NCBI GenBank assembly: GCA_964016885.1
Contig: OZ024746.1
Coordinates: forward strand, 84,940,001 to 85,004,000
Reading direction: 5' to 3'
Length of the DNA stretch: 64,000 bases
Origin: Eledone cirrhosa
Lineage: Eukaryota
Shown: one piece after another, positions 15,315 through 33,000 of the stretch
How positions within the stretch are numbered: the first letter of the stretch is position 1
Layout of the letters: every line of letters begins with the position of its first letter
Notes under the pieces: generated by a model
Seen by the model: only the letters and a program-made list of their open reading frames with translations
Databases searched by the model: none
Told to the model about the DNA's origin: nothing
Translations under genes and position numbers: made by a program

Positions 15315-15576
15315 ATAAGTAAATAAAATTAAATAAAATAAGATAAATAAATACATACACAAGCACATAAACACACACTAGTCACCCAGCAGACACAACA
15401 CTATACACACTAGTCACACATCACACATAACACTATACACACACGCAAACGCATGCGCAAAGAAGACAAAATAAAATAAGATAAACAAACAAGCAAATAA
15501 ATAAATAAATATATAGACAGACTGAACAAAAAATGGCGTAGACATACAACACAACAGAAGGAACAATGAATATAAC

Positions 15577-15626
15577 ACCACTGACGATGTTGCAGATGTG
15601 CAACGAAAGATTTATGTAAATTATGT
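15577..15626 (+). ncRNA. hammerhead-like core in the pLTR (mirror copy at 14986-15013, minus)
   Basis: CTGACGA (15581-87), perfect GTTGCA/TGCAAC stem II, GAAA (15605-08). Stems I and III pair poorly. Confidence 0.5.
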
Positions 15627-15876
15627 AAACTATATATATGTGTTTGTGTCTATATTGTATCTGTATTATTTTTGACCGCCGGTCAGTCAATGGCAACATT
15701 GAGGACCGAGTAAGTTAGATCGCAGATATATATATATAAAAGACAGCGAGAAGCGAAAACCAACCAAACAGTGAGTGTGTTCTGTTATTAATTCTGGCAA
15801 TATTACGCAAATATGACCCTCCCCAAATATAACAATATCTGTTTCGACACACGATTTCATATAAAAAACCTCGCAA

Positions 15877-16017
<141 letters not shown>

Positions 16018-16072
16018 TATAGATATATACATATATATGTATATATATACATATATACATATATATATATAC

Positions 16073-16157
<85 letters not shown>

Positions 16158-16276
16158 TATATGTATATATGTTTATATATATATATATATATATACACAC
16201 ACAACAGTTAGTTCACCATACCGAGAACAATTATTCACCTTAGCGGATCCTCAGCTCGTAATATATATATATATAC

Positions 16277-16482
<206 letters not shown>

Positions 16483-16560
16483 TTGTGAAACCACTTCTAC
16501 CTAACTCGTCCCATGGACTGAGTGCTCTACCACTACGGATATTACCTTCCAGTGTTCTAC

Positions 16561-16916
<356 letters not shown>

Positions 16917-16974
16917 TATTACATACGCACACACATACACACACATATGCATGCAAACACAAGTATACATACAT

Positions 16975-17009
<35 letters not shown>

Positions 17010-17414
17010 TCTGTGTTTCATACGTACATTTATACACACATATATACGTGTATACATACATGCTTACATGCATACATATGCATATGCATAATAGAATTTA
17101 AAAGGTAAATTGTTGCAAAATCACCATATACATTATGATTTCTTACGAATGAAACAATTATATACTTATATGTGTGTGTGTTGTGTGTGTGTGTTGTGTG
17201 TGTGTTGTGTGTGTGTGTTGTGTGTTGTGTGTGTGTCTGTGTGTGTGTGTGTGTGTAACATATATGCATAGATGTTTGTTTCATAGGTTTAATTATATAG
17301 TGAATAAGGGACTCAATACTATAATATCAGAGGTTTATGAAAGGTTTATGTTTACTGCAATGAGCCTATATCCGCGAAAGTTCGAAGTAAACAGATAGTA
17401 TTAATAATTATTTT

Positions 17415-17850
17415 TGATTTAGGCACAAGGACATCAACCCAGTGCGTTACTGGGGCTTTATTTATCGACCCCGTAATAATTGTTTCTACTTTTGACACAA
17501 GGCCAGCAATTATCTCAGTACATGACTGGTATTTTATTTTATCGACCCCGTAAGGATGAAGGGCAAAGTTAACCTCGGCGGGATTTGAACTCAGATCGTA
17601 AAGGGACGTAACTATGCTGGAAAGCATGTCCCACCGTCTACCGATACTGCCAATTCATGGCACAAGGCCAGCACTTATATCAGTACATTACTGGTACTTT
17701 ATTTTATCGACCCCGTAATAATGAAAGGCAAAGCTATCTTCAGCGGGAACTCGTAAAGGGCCGTAAAACTATGTTGCAAACCATGGTGTCCGACGCTCTA
17801 CCTATCATGCCAACCCACCGCCCTCGACGGGTTTGAACTCAGAATGTAAC
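17415..17850 (-). mobile_element. cluster of tandem and partial tRNA-SINE copies
   Basis: Three GGCACAAGG..GCA tails and repeated TTTATCGACCCCGTAA cores. Confidence 0.85.
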
Positions 17851-18016
17851 GGACTAACAATAATAATATTATTAAGATAAAGCTATATCTATATAAATAC
17901 TAGACCAACGGGTATAAATATATACACATATATAAAATGTTGGCATGTTTAATCGATTTTCGGATCTAATTGGACCCTTATCAGAAGAAGTGCATATCAT
18001 CCAATCAACCACAAGG

Positions 18017-18380
18017 AAACATGTATTTGTTGGGTATATATACCCATTTACTCTCAGTATTATTCTGAAATGGACCCAAACATGTATATGTTGGGTATAT
18101 ATACCCATTTACTCTCAGTATTATTCTGAAATGGACCCAAACATGTATATGTTGGGTATATATACCCATTTACTCTCAGTATTATTCTGAAATGGACCCA
18201 AACATGTATTTGTTGGGTATATATACCCATTTACTCTCAGTATTATTCTGAAATGGACCCAAACATGTATATGTTGGGTATATATACCCATTTACTCTCA
18301 GTATTATTCTGAAATGGACCCAAACATGTATTTGTTGGGTATATATACCCATTTACTCTCAGTATTATTCTGAAATGGAC
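18017..18380. repeat. 61-bp minisatellite, ~6 units
   Basis: Unit AAACATGTATTTGTTGGGTATATATACCCATTTACTCTCAGTATTATTCTGAAATGGACCC. Confidence 0.95.
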
Positions 18381-18493
18381 GTACTAATTTGCATATAATT
18401 GGCGTAGTTGGTGGTCATTATTTAAGATATATGTTATGAAGAGCACTAGCAGCCGAAGAGTATAATAATATATGTGTATAAATATAGAATTGA

Positions 18494-18552
<59 letters not shown>

Positions 18553-18640
18553 CGTAGGTCTCGGGTTGATTCGGGGATAACCACAGTAAGTAAGGTACTC
18601 AATACATGGCAGAGTAAAATTTTTTATTTTATAGAAGGAG

Positions 18641-18687
18641 CTTCTACAGGACTAGTACTGTTTCATTCAGATGAAATCTTCAGGAAG
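18641..18687 (-). ncRNA. type I hammerhead ribozyme motif, family C, inside hairpin 18627-18738
   Basis: Reverse complement: CTTC-CTGAAGA-tttcatctgaat-GAAA-cag tactagtc ctg-TA-GAAG. GUA triplet. Confidence 0.72.
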
Positions 18688-18757
18688 ATTTCATCTGAAT
18701 GAAACAGTACTAGTCCTGTAGAAGCTCCTTCTATAAAAAAAAATATATATATATATA

Positions 18758-18788
<31 letters not shown>

Positions 18789-18802
18789 TTGTGTGTGTGT
18801 GT

Positions 18803-18856
<54 letters not shown>

Positions 18857-18876
18857 TTGTGTGTGTATGTGTGTGA

Positions 18877-18910
<34 letters not shown>

Positions 18911-19029
18911 TTGTGTGTGTGTGTGTGTGCGTGTATGTGTATGTGTATGTGTATGTGTGTGTGTGTGTGCGTGTGTGTGTGTGTGTGTATGTGTGTGAGT
19001 ATGTGTATGTGTATGTGTTTGTGTGTGTG

Positions 19030-19060
<31 letters not shown>

Positions 19061-19090
19061 ATGTGTGTGTGTGTGCGTGTGTGTGTGTGT

Positions 19091-19126
<36 letters not shown>

Positions 19127-19747
19127 GTGTGAGTGTGTGTGTTTATAAACATATACGTATATATAGTCGGAGACAACTCGTTTACGAGTATGGCCACTTC
19201 TTAGAGAGAAAAAAGAGACATTGGCAAAAATGTGTGTGTATATATACACATACACACACACACACTAACACACACTCACACACATACACACACATACACA
19301 CACACATATATATATAATCCATATATGTGTGTATTTACATATATATATATATATGTATGTATATATTTTTAAACATATGTCATAGGGTGTATATGAAAGC
19401 ATACATGATGTTTCTGATGTATAATAAACATGCACAGCCTCCATCTAACGGGATTGTATGAACAGACATGTTTCATTTTATGGAGACCTCGTCAGCAGAG
19501 AACATATTACTCGGTTTAGACGATTATATTAATGCAGCGATATATATCTTATATATAAGATGTTGAAAATATGTTTTCAAAATTTAAATTGAATTTATTG
19601 GAGTTATGTCCCTTGATTTTTCTAGATTTTAAACTTACACACACATAGACATACACACATACACACAAATAAAAAAGCAGCATGCACACACACAGGTAGT
19701 TTTTGTGTACAATTCTCCATAAACGTATAAGACCTTACACTATTATG

Positions 19748-19930
19748 GATTGGCAGTATCGGTAGAGGGTCGGGCGCCACGCTTTAAAGCATAGAGTTAC
19801 CTCCCTTTATGATCTGAGTTCAAATCCCGCCGAGGTTGACTTTGCCTTTCATCCTTACGGGGTCGATAAAATAAAGTACCAGTAATACACTGGGATAATT
19901 GCTGGCCTGGTGCCAAAAGTAGAAACAATT
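19748..19930 (+). mobile_element. tRNA-derived SINE
   Basis: Full-length copy of the major family. Confidence 0.9.
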
Positions 19931-19983
19931 ATTTGTATTTCGCTTGCAAAACACTCCTCTAAGGTATTTCCCCTCCGTCATAG

Positions 19984-20018
<35 letters not shown>

Positions 20019-20100
20019 GTATATATATTTATATATATATATATACATATACATATACACACACACACTTATATACATATATATAGTTTTAATATAGATG

Positions 20101-20151
20101 AGATTCTACAGGACTAGAACTGTTTCATTCTTTAGAAATCATCAGGAATCT
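20101..20151 (-). ncRNA. type I hammerhead ribozyme motif, family C
   Basis: Reverse complement: AGATTC-CTGATGA-tttctaaagaat-GAAA-cag ttctagtc ctg-TA-GAATCT. Confidence 0.78.
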
Positions 20152-20217
20152 GGGTATCAAAAAATAAATATGGTATTTTTTTTGTGGTTACCTCCGATTC
20201 AACCCGGAATACCGTAC

Positions 20218-20272
<55 letters not shown>

Positions 20273-20519
20273 AAACACACATATTTACATATTTATATAT
20301 TTATATATTTATTTTCATATACATTTCCATACATTTTATAGGCCAGAAATTTGCATATTTCTATGTTTGTTTGTGTCTAGAGAAACATTCAGTCAATATT
20401 TGTTATTTGGCAGATGCGGCGGAATATCTTGTTATAAAAGTAAAAATAATAAACCCCCAACAATAACTGGTATTTATATTAAAATACTTATCCTAGTCAA
20501 TGTATTGTTTTAGTCTTGT

Positions 20520-21340
20520 TTAACAGTATGTACAATGTGTGTTCGTGTGTTTGTTTTTATATCAGTATGTAATATGTGTGTATATGTGTGTGTGTTTTTA
20601 TATCAGTATGTACTATATGCGTGTGTATATGTATATGTGTGTGTATGCGTGTATATGTGTATTTTATATCAGTATGTACTATATGTGTGTGTATGCGTGT
20701 ATATGTGTATTTTATATCAGTATGTACTATATGTGTGTGTATATGTGTGTGAGTGTGTGTATATGTGTGCATGTGTGTTTTTATTTATGTATGTACTATA
20801 TGTGTGTATATATGTGTGTGTGTGTATGCGTGTATGTGTGTTTTTTATATCTGTTTGTACTATATGTGTGTGTATATGTATATGTGTGTGTATGCGTGTA
20901 TATGTGTATTTTATATCAGTATGTACTATATGTGTGTGTATATGTGTGTGAGTGTGTGTGTGTGTATGTGTGTGCATGTGTGTTTTTATTTATGTATGTA
21001 CTATATGTGTGTATATGTGTGTGTGTGTGTATGCGTGTATGTGTGTTTTTTTTATATCTGTTTGTACTATATGTGTGTGTATATGTGTGTGTGTATGCGT
21101 GTATGTTTGTGTTTTTATATTAATATGTACTATATATGTGTGTATATTTGTATGTGTGTGTGTATGCATGTATGTGTGTGTTTTTATGTCAGTATGTACT
21201 ATATGTGTGTGTACATGAGTGTGTGTGTATGTGCGCGCGTGGGTGTGTGTGTGTGTGTATAGTTTTATGTATGTATGTACTATATGTGTGTGTGTACATG
21301 AGTGTGTGGTTTTATTTATGTATGTACTATATATGTGAGT
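20520..21340. repeat. degenerate compound minisatellite (TTTTATATCAGTATGTACTATATGTGTG plus TG runs)
   Basis: The motif recurs more than 10 times with variable (TG)n spacers. Confidence 0.85.
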
Positions 21341-21341
21341 G

Positions 21342-21440
<99 letters not shown>

Positions 21441-21839
21441 CTTTATGCATGCACTAGATGTGTGTATATCTTATTTATTTATGCGCGGTGCCCCAGCATG
21501 GCCTCAGCCGGATGGCTAGAGCAGATAAAACAGTAAAAGAGTAAAAGAGTACTATATGTGTGTGTGTATGTGTGCGTCTGTATGTGTCTGTGTGAGATTT
21601 TCTTTGTGTAAGCGATCACACAATTGTACGAGGTGTGTTCCTAGATTCACTGCCATGTCTGTTAATGATATTATATTCCAGAATGTCCATGTATGTTGTA
21701 TTGTTCTCTGTAGAATTGGTCATTAGATTTCTCTGTCTATTTTGTCGCTGCATATTAATATAGAAATATACGGTCATATGAAAATCGGTAACTGGTTGCA
21801 ATGTTAGGCTGTGGAAATGAAAATACCTCTCTCTCACAC

Positions 21840-21895
<56 letters not shown>

Positions 21896-21943
21896 TAGAT
21901 ATATTTCTTTATTAGCCACAGGGGCACAAAAGAAGGGGACAAA

Positions 21944-21980
<37 letters not shown>

Positions 21981-21981
21981 C

Positions 21982-22018
<37 letters not shown>

Positions 22019-22050
22019 CAGAGTGTGCGGGAGAGAGAGAGAGAGAGAGA

Positions 22051-22090
<40 letters not shown>

Positions 22091-22342
22091 CAATTAGATA
22101 CACGGAGGTATACATAGACAGATGCAATTATATAGATATATGTATATATATTTATATATATATATATTTATATATATATATTATATAACCCTAAAGGGCA
22201 GTGCCCCAGCATGGTCTCAGCCGGATGGCTGGAATATGTAAAAGAGTAAAAGAATATATATATTTATATATTTATATATATATATATATATGCATATGTA
22301 TTTACATAAATGCATGCAGAAATATATATATATGTATGTATG

Positions 22343-22386
<44 letters not shown>

Positions 22387-22427
22387 CATGTGTGTGTGTA
22401 TAGGGGGGGGGGTGTATATATTTATAT

Positions 22428-22532
<105 letters not shown>

Positions 22533-22543
22533 TAACAGATTAA

Positions 22544-22594
22544 AGTTTAAGCAAAGAATCGCTGCTTTCACCCTTAACGGGATCTTCTGAAACT
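22544..22594 (-). ncRNA. hammerhead motif, family E, variant core CAGAAGA
   Basis: Reverse complement: AGTTT-CAGAAGA-tccc gttaa gggt-GAAA-gca gcgattctt tgc-TT-AAACT. Confidence 0.6.
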
Positions 22595-22679
22595 ATTTGC
22601 TCTACGGTTCTTATATATTTGATATATATTTAACCTTATCGAGCCCTCTTTGGATTTTAGTCTTCAAATTTATTATTAT

Positions 22680-22804
<125 letters not shown>

Positions 22805-22827
22805 AACCTTGGTCTTCCTCTTCTAGT

Positions 22828-22956
22828 GTGTCCATGTTGATGCCCTAAGGACAGACACTGGTCTGTTGGAGATGCAGGATATGGCAGCGATAATGAGGGA
22901 CAGAGACCGCTGGAGAGAACTCGTCCATGGATCTCGGGAATTTTACCCGCCTTAGA
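22828..22956 (+). mobile_element. 3' end of RTE-clade LINE
   Basis: [41 protein letters not shown] followed by a (TAGA)n tail. DR..WR..V is typical of RTE ORF ends. A second copy lies at 48645-48735 (minus). Confidence 0.65.
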
Positions 22957-22964
22957 TAGATAGA

Positions 22965-23203
<239 letters not shown>

Positions 23204-23406
23204 ATATATATATATATGAGTTATAATAACTGCACCTTTAGACTGGTTACACAACCAATCTACTAGTAGTTCGACAATTCGTTATAAATCGACAGTTTCA
23301 CTGCTATATGAAACATACCGTCATATATTCACTTATCATTTCCCACCCGTATACATACGCACACATATACACATACACACATGCACCTTTATATATATAT
23401 ATGTGT

Positions 23407-23488
<82 letters not shown>

Positions 23489-23841
23489 TTGGACAGTAGA
23501 TAATTAAATTGATATATACGTAATGATGATGATGATAATGACAATATTGAAAATAAGAAGTAACGCAATAGTAATATTATCAAAAGGGTGAACTGCAATT
23601 TGGGAAATATATGAAATAGAAAGAGACACAACGCGTCACACACCGACACACACACAAACACACACACACACACACTCACACACTCACACACGCACACACT
23701 CACACACGCACACACTCACATGCATGATAATGTATATGCATATATGGATATATATACAGACATATATATATATATACATACATATAAATATATATATATA
23801 TGTATATATGGATATATGGATATATATACATACATATAAAT

Positions 23842-23898
<57 letters not shown>

Positions 23899-24035
23899 GA
23901 CAACATAATGATATTTAGAATGAAATATAGGGTTCTATATCTTTATGCCGATATCCAGGGATATTTATTATTTTTACATCAGACTAAGACCAATCAATGT
24001 GCGTCAAATTATAAATGTGTGTATATATATATATG

Positions 24036-24249
<214 letters not shown>

Positions 24250-24372
24250 TGTATATATATATATATAAATAAATATATATATATAGATAAATATATATAT
24301 ATGTATATATATATATATGTGTGTGTGGGAGGGTATATATATACACATATATTTATACATACATACACACAC

Positions 24373-24442
<70 letters not shown>

Positions 24443-24964
24443 AAAATGTTTAACCCCGACGGCAGAGCTCAAGCCGTTTCGACGGCTATTTCTGGACTAG
24501 ATTAGAATTTTAAGCGTGGTAATAAATACCCGAACTTTTCAAGGGGTAATTCCTTATATGGTTCGTTATGGTCCATCTGGTTCCTTATCACACTTCCTTC
24601 GTCATATATATATGTGTATATATATATACGCATATATATATACACACATATATTTATATATAAATATATATATATACATACATATATATACATATACATA
24701 TATATACATATATATATACATACATACATGTTATATATATACATATATATGTTATATATATACATACATGTTATATATATACATATATATATATGTATTT
24801 ATATATATGAATATATATATATGCACATATATATATACACATATATATTATATATATGTTTGTGTGTGTATGTGTATCTATGTATGTTTGTATATATTAA
24901 TATTATAACACTATATATATATTTATTTATCTATATGAAAATATTTTGACCAAACATATATATG

Positions 24965-25060
<96 letters not shown>

Positions 25061-25217
25061 AGGGGGGGGGGGGAGAAGAAGAAGATGAAGAAGAAGAGAT
25101 ATTGACGCACCTTAATTAATCTAAATCTGATGAAAATATTATATATATATATAATATTTTCGGCATAAAAAATATCACCGAGAGAAAATTAATCCTACAT
25201 ATTACTCGAAACTCATT

Positions 25218-25272
<55 letters not shown>

Positions 25273-25275
25273 GAG

Positions 25276-25344
<69 letters not shown>

Positions 25345-25607
25345 TATATACATGTATATATTTATTTCTACATACACACACACGCCAAATTGTACATAAA
25401 CTAGACGTTGGCTTGCCAAAGCTGCAATCCAATACCTGGACTGCTGAAATAATAAAATTGCATTGGATATAATCGGCTGTGGAACTATGTATTATATGTA
25501 GTTGCACTTATTCATCCATCACTTCATTCATAACTGCATTTACGCATGCATATTGTACACATACGCATACAGAAAAGCATACAGAAAATCACAAACAACC
25601 CCTTCCA

Positions 25608-25648
<41 letters not shown>

Positions 25649-25787
25649 AGTATTAAGTTGTTAAACAATATTCGCTGATTATGTCAAAGAATGAGTTTTA
25701 CAGTAGATTGGAAGACTCAACGGAAAATAATTTTCAGGAGTTATTAAATAAGTATTAATAAAATAGATGTTCTTTTGATCAATTACA

Positions 25788-25838
25788 TTTTATTATACAT
25801 ATTTCGGATGTACAACAGTACGTCCTCATCAGACAAAA
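25788..25838 (-). ncRNA. type I hammerhead ribozyme motif, family A-related
   Basis: Reverse complement: TTTTGT-CTGATGA-ggacgtac tgtt gtacatcc-GAAA-tatgtaTA-ATAAAA. Confidence 0.82.
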
Positions 25839-25927
25839 TATAATGATACATGACATACCCTGAGAAGTTAAATGGTTAAGATTTAAATCTTAACCATTTA
25901 ACATCTATTTTATTAATACTTATATAT

Positions 25928-26529
<602 letters not shown>

Positions 26530-27197
26530 CAATTGGTGAATCAAAAATCATAAATATATATAATAGTATGTTTTTCACAAGTTACTGACCGAGAGCCAAA
26601 ACTGAAACAATTTCATAATAAATCAATTTAACCATTTGCGAAGTTCTATTCTTAATATTAGTGTATCTTATGAACTGCCAAAAATGTTCATCATATTTCT
26701 GCAAACTGGTCAAAGAGGCAATTTCCCAGCGAGATAAATGGACGTATTTGGTGTAGTCATAAAAATGTTAAACAAAATTTCAAATATACAAAGATACACT
26801 CACATAGAATAATACAAGTACAGCTACAAAATACATCCACACACCAACACACAAAACCACGCACAAATACGGAAGTACATACATACATGCATACATATAA
26901 ACATATAAACACATGTATGTATATATATATATATAGGGTGTCCATAAAATATGTATACACCCTTCAAAAGCATTCTAATAAATATGAGTATATATTTTTA
27001 GGGCACTCTGTATATTTATATGTATGCCCGGAAAAAAAAAAATATATATATATTTATTTATATATAGAAAAATGTTTAACCACGACGGCAGAGCTCAAGT
27101 CGTGTCAACGGCTATTACCCGCTCTACTACCCTAAGTATTGAGTACTCTGGTGCGTTATGGTCCATCTGGTTCCTTAGCACACTTCTTTCGTTTATT

Positions 27198-27229
<32 letters not shown>

Positions 27230-27349
27230 ATATATATATATATATATAAAGGAGTCGATCGACTTTCGTCAAATCGGACCGAGGAAACAATGTTTCCGTT
27301 GGTCTTTCCAATTGCTATTACTCTCTATCGGTCGCAACTCCAGGTAGAA

Positions 27350-27466
27350 GGAGCAACGTGAGATAAAGTGTCTTGCTCAAGGACATAACGCATCGCCCGG
27401 TCCGGTAATCGAACTCACAACCTCACGATTAGGAATCCAATTCTCTAACCACTCGGCCACACGCCT
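27350..27466 (-). mobile_element. second tRNA-SINE family head, joined to a repeat also present at 54935-55070
   Basis: Reverse complement GGCGTGTGGCCGAGTGGTTAGAG...GAGTTCGATTACC...CTTGAGCAAGACACTTTAT shows A and B boxes. Confidence 0.8.
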
Positions 27467-27467
27467 T

Positions 27468-27516
<49 letters not shown>

Positions 27517-28158
27517 GTTTATATATATTATATATATATATGTATATATATATATATGTGTGTGTATATGTGTTTGTGTGTGTGTATATATAGCATTTTT
27601 ATACATTTAACAATGACTGAAGTTACAAGGTAGTGTGTATATATGGGTTACATTTATATGTTTGTTTTCGTTTTCAATGGTGAATGAGACTGTTTAATTC
27701 CTATCCATTTTATGTGTATTCTTCTCGTGTGAGGGTACACACGCATAAGCGCGTGCGCGGAAACAAGCACGCACCTATGAACGCAATTAAACACAAATTA
27801 GTTGATTATATATACACGGATACACAGACACACGCGCCCGCGCATTTTTAAAATGGAATGTATGTGCATGTTTGAATGCGAACATAATCCTCCTCACCCT
27901 AGACAAATATAAACTCATCCATATAGAGTTAAATATAAAGCGAGCAACATACATACACAGCTCTGTAATATATTATATTATATTACAATGCGAAAGTTCA
28001 CAAAATATTATTCTGAGTTTCTCATTTCCAGTCGGAAGATGGGAAACAAGAATCTCAGTTCAAGAAATATCAGTTTCCTCGGAATTTAATATATATGAAT
28101 GCCTTCATTTACATATATATATTTATTTATTTATATATATTCATATCTATATACATAC

Positions 28159-28209
<51 letters not shown>

Positions 28210-28284
28210 TGTGTGTTTATGAGGTAATTTTTTGTATTACATAATTTACTTTACCCATAATTAATTTTATATATATATATGTAT

Positions 28285-28341
<57 letters not shown>

Positions 28342-28385
28342 CATATATATACATATATACATATAATATATATATGTATATATAT

Positions 28386-28504
<119 letters not shown>

Positions 28505-29164
28505 CATATATATTTGTATACGTATGGGACAGATTATATTGAAAACATGAATGTACCCGAGTTAGTTTGATCATTGAGCCCCATTTTCTTTGCCAGAATA
28601 AAGGTACTAGTGTTCCATTGGTCACATGCTTAGCAGTGGCTGTAAATGAACATGGGTTTAACAAGAAATTATGGACACCGGATTTATAATTTAATAACCA
28701 TGACAGTTTCTTTTAATGTTTTCACGTATGTGCAAATTTGGGGTTAAAATTTTGATATGAGTTAAGCCTCCATAAATATTTCGATTGTTTTATGTGAAAT
28801 GCCTCATAGGATTATACTCTTATCAACTAGGAAAGTCATATATAATTATGTTGCATATAGTGTATGACAGCGTGTTATGATAGCTCCATGTTCCAAATGC
28901 ATGGTCAAGCGACGGAAAGGTGTCGTGTTTGTGTAATCGTTTTAACAATTTGGTTTGCGAAGTTAACAAAATTCAGGTTTAAATTTATATTTATAAAATC
29001 GTTCGTCATCTGTAATGTTTTGCCGTTTACCAGTTAGTCGTTTAATGTTCATGGGAAGGTTATATATTTTCTTTTTTTTTTTTAATATTATTTACCCCCC
29101 CCCCCTCTCTCTCTCTCTCTTTCTGTATATATATATATATATAAATAATATATATATATATATA

Positions 29165-29195
<31 letters not shown>

Positions 29196-29441
29196 TATTT
29201 ATGTTCATACAACAAGAAAAGCGCTATCCAATGTTTCAAGTCCCAATTCTGACCACACCTCAAGAATACAAGAGGGATCAAGATTGTGATGTATCTTCAG
29301 ACGCATATACGAGTCAAGATTGGTCCTTGAAACCTTAGGTAGTGATTTTGTTCTATGTATAAACATAAATAAATAATATAATTTCTGCTCTCTTGCCGAT
29401 TGACCACAGATTTTCTTTTTCTTTTTCACCCGGATATTGCT

Positions 29442-29506
<65 letters not shown>

Positions 29507-29826
29507 TAGAAATGTATATATATATATACATATGTGTGTTTGTTTTATGTGTGTTTTTGTGTGTGTACGTGTGTGTGTATGCATGTATAAATATGTATAA
29601 TATATAAGTAATGATTTGTGTGAAGGTTTCCTCCTTATAAATGTATATATGTTAATATATATATACTTATTCAACCAGACACATATGTGTGGTAGGCTAG
29701 TGTATACAAGTATACAGATTAATATTTATACCAAAAAATATTGTAACAGTTCAGGTAAAATCAATAAAACATATTAAAGCAATGTCATTTTAAGATTATA
29801 TAACGAAACGTTACATATAAACACAT

Positions 29827-29858
<32 letters not shown>

Positions 29859-29971
29859 GCAGACATTACATATAAACACATACACACATATATATACATA
29901 TACATATATATATACATATATATATAAACATATATATATATAAACATATATATATATATATATATACATGC

Positions 29972-30025
<54 letters not shown>

Positions 30026-30105
30026 ATATATATATATATATAAACATTAATATATATATATATAAACATATGTATATAAATATATATATATATATATATA
30101 CATGC

Positions 30106-30157
<52 letters not shown>

Positions 30158-30358
30158 TATATATATGCATGTATATATATATATATATACATGCCGACAT
30201 AAGATATATGAATGGTGTATGTTTATTTTCCTCTAAAGAATTTAAAACTTCCAGGTTCCGTAGGTATATATACATATTTGTATATATGTGTGTCTGTCTG
30301 AATATATATATATATAGTATATTAAGATATATATATATAGTATAAATACAAACATACC

Positions 30359-30389
<31 letters not shown>

Positions 30390-30466
30390 TATTAAGATAT
30401 ATATAAATATATATATATATAGTATATATACAAACATACCTATATATATATATACACAGTGTATTA

Positions 30467-30516
<50 letters not shown>

Positions 30517-30635
30517 TACATATATATAAATATATATATAGTATACATACAAACATACATATATATATATATATAGTGTATTAAGATATATATATATATA
30601 TATATATACATATATATAGTATACATACAAACATA

Positions 30636-30681
<46 letters not shown>

Positions 30682-31082
30682 ACATACATAAATGTTAATA
30701 TATAATTTTTCTTCTAAAGGAATAAGCATCTATTAGAACTTAATTATATGGCTTTGATGCTGTGAGTATATAATTGAAAGCTCTTGAGATGCGCTTAAAA
30801 TTTCAAAGGCTGTGACAAATACGATGTGTGAGTAAAGTATATGCATTTCAAATTGAAATCTATACAATTTACTGGCTTCTGCTCTACATAAGTTAATGAT
30901 AGTATCTACTATAGAAGAATATGATGTATCTTACTGTGAGATTCCCTAGATATTTATTTAATAGTCAGTTATATCTAAATTATCGATTTACCTATCCAAT
31001 TTAGATTCTACTATCTATCTAGCTACCTATGCTATCTGTCTCTCTATGTAACATCTCACCTTTATTATAATATATATGTGTA

Positions 31083-31303
<221 letters not shown>

Positions 31304-31432
31304 ATGTATAAATGTATATATATATATATACAAACATATTTAATCATCAGGAAGCCGTAATAATTTCTCCTGAGTGAAACAGTACTAGTCCTGTAGAGGC
31401 CATTTCTATGTTAAATATATATATATATATAT

Positions 31433-31534
<102 letters not shown>

Positions 31535-31691
31535 TACATATATACAGGACTAGAACTGTTTCACTCAGGAGAAATCATTACGGCTTCCTGATGATTAAAT
31601 AGTTTTAGTCTTGTAGAGGCCATTTCTATATTAAACATTTATGTATTGAGTACCTTACTTACTGTAGTTACACCCGATTGAACCCGGGATA

Positions 31692-31750
<59 letters not shown>

Positions 31751-31810
31751 GAAAGTACAAAACAAGAACAAGGAGTACAAGTTAAACGTATATATATATA
31801 TATACAATAG

Positions 31811-31859
<49 letters not shown>

Positions 31860-31922
31860 GTCCCAAGGCTCTGATACCATCAACACCACAAACACAGAGC
31901 TGGCATATCTAAGAACTGTCTA

Positions 31923-31978
31923 ACTGCCTGATGAGGTCATAGCCATTCAATGGCTATCACCGAAATATATATAGCAGT
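31923..31978 (+). ncRNA. type I hammerhead ribozyme motif, family F (best formed)
   Basis: ACTGC-CTGATGA-ggt c atagccat tca atggctat c acc-GAAA-tatataTA-GCAGT, followed directly by AATAAA. Confidence 0.88.
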
Positions 31979-32051
31979 AAATAAAGGATTATGAGTTCAT
32001 GCAATTGACTTATGTTTCGTCACTATATATATATATATACAATAGGGGTAT

Positions 32052-32086
<35 letters not shown>

Positions 32087-32195
32087 CTATTCTACAGCCG
32101 ACCATGTTATTCCTCATTCTTTTACTCTCTCTCTCTCTATATATATATATATTCCGTTTCTGAATTTGTTTAGCAACATGACCCTCCCAAAGTAT

Positions 32196-32244
<49 letters not shown>

Positions 32245-32304
32245 CACACACAGATATACAAATATATGCATATATGTAAACATATGTATTTATGTATGTA
32301 TGTA

Positions 32305-32389
<85 letters not shown>

Positions 32390-32453
32390 ATAATAATAAA
32401 TTTGAAGACTAAAATGCTTTGCTTAAACTTTAATCTGTTATTTTAATAAATAA

Positions 32454-32492
<39 letters not shown>

Positions 32493-32613
32493 CATATACA
32501 CGGCTCGGAAATATTCCTTTCTTTGAGCTATTTAATTGTAAATGACTATTTTGAGTTTATAACTCTATATATATATATATACACATACATAAATACATAT
32601 GCATACATATATT

Positions 32614-32686
<73 letters not shown>

Positions 32687-32779
32687 TGCCCTACAGTTTA
32701 AGCTTCTACCATTTACAGAAACATATAATATATACGCACATATAATACAGACGATAACGCTAAGAAATTATATAGGATA

Positions 32780-33000
32780 TAATTGCTTCTACTTTAGGCA
32801 CAAGGCCAGCAATTACCCAGTGCATTACTAGTACTTTATATATATATATATTTGTTTCTACTTGAGGCACAAGGCCAGCAATTACCCAGTGCATTACTAG
32901 TACTTTATATATATATATAATTGTTTCTACTTGAGGCACAAGGCCAGCAATTACCCAGTGCATTACTGGTACTTTATTTTATCGACCCCGTAATGATTGA
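32780..33000 (-). mobile_element. three tandem SINE 3' tails
   Basis: TTGTTTCTACTT.AGGCACAAGGCCAGCAATTACCCAGTGCATTACT occurs three times. Confidence 0.85.

Noticed and set aside
19460-19500. CTGACGA...GAAA-catg-TC on the minus strand
   Set aside because: Stems I and II do not pair, so it was not counted as a ribozyme.
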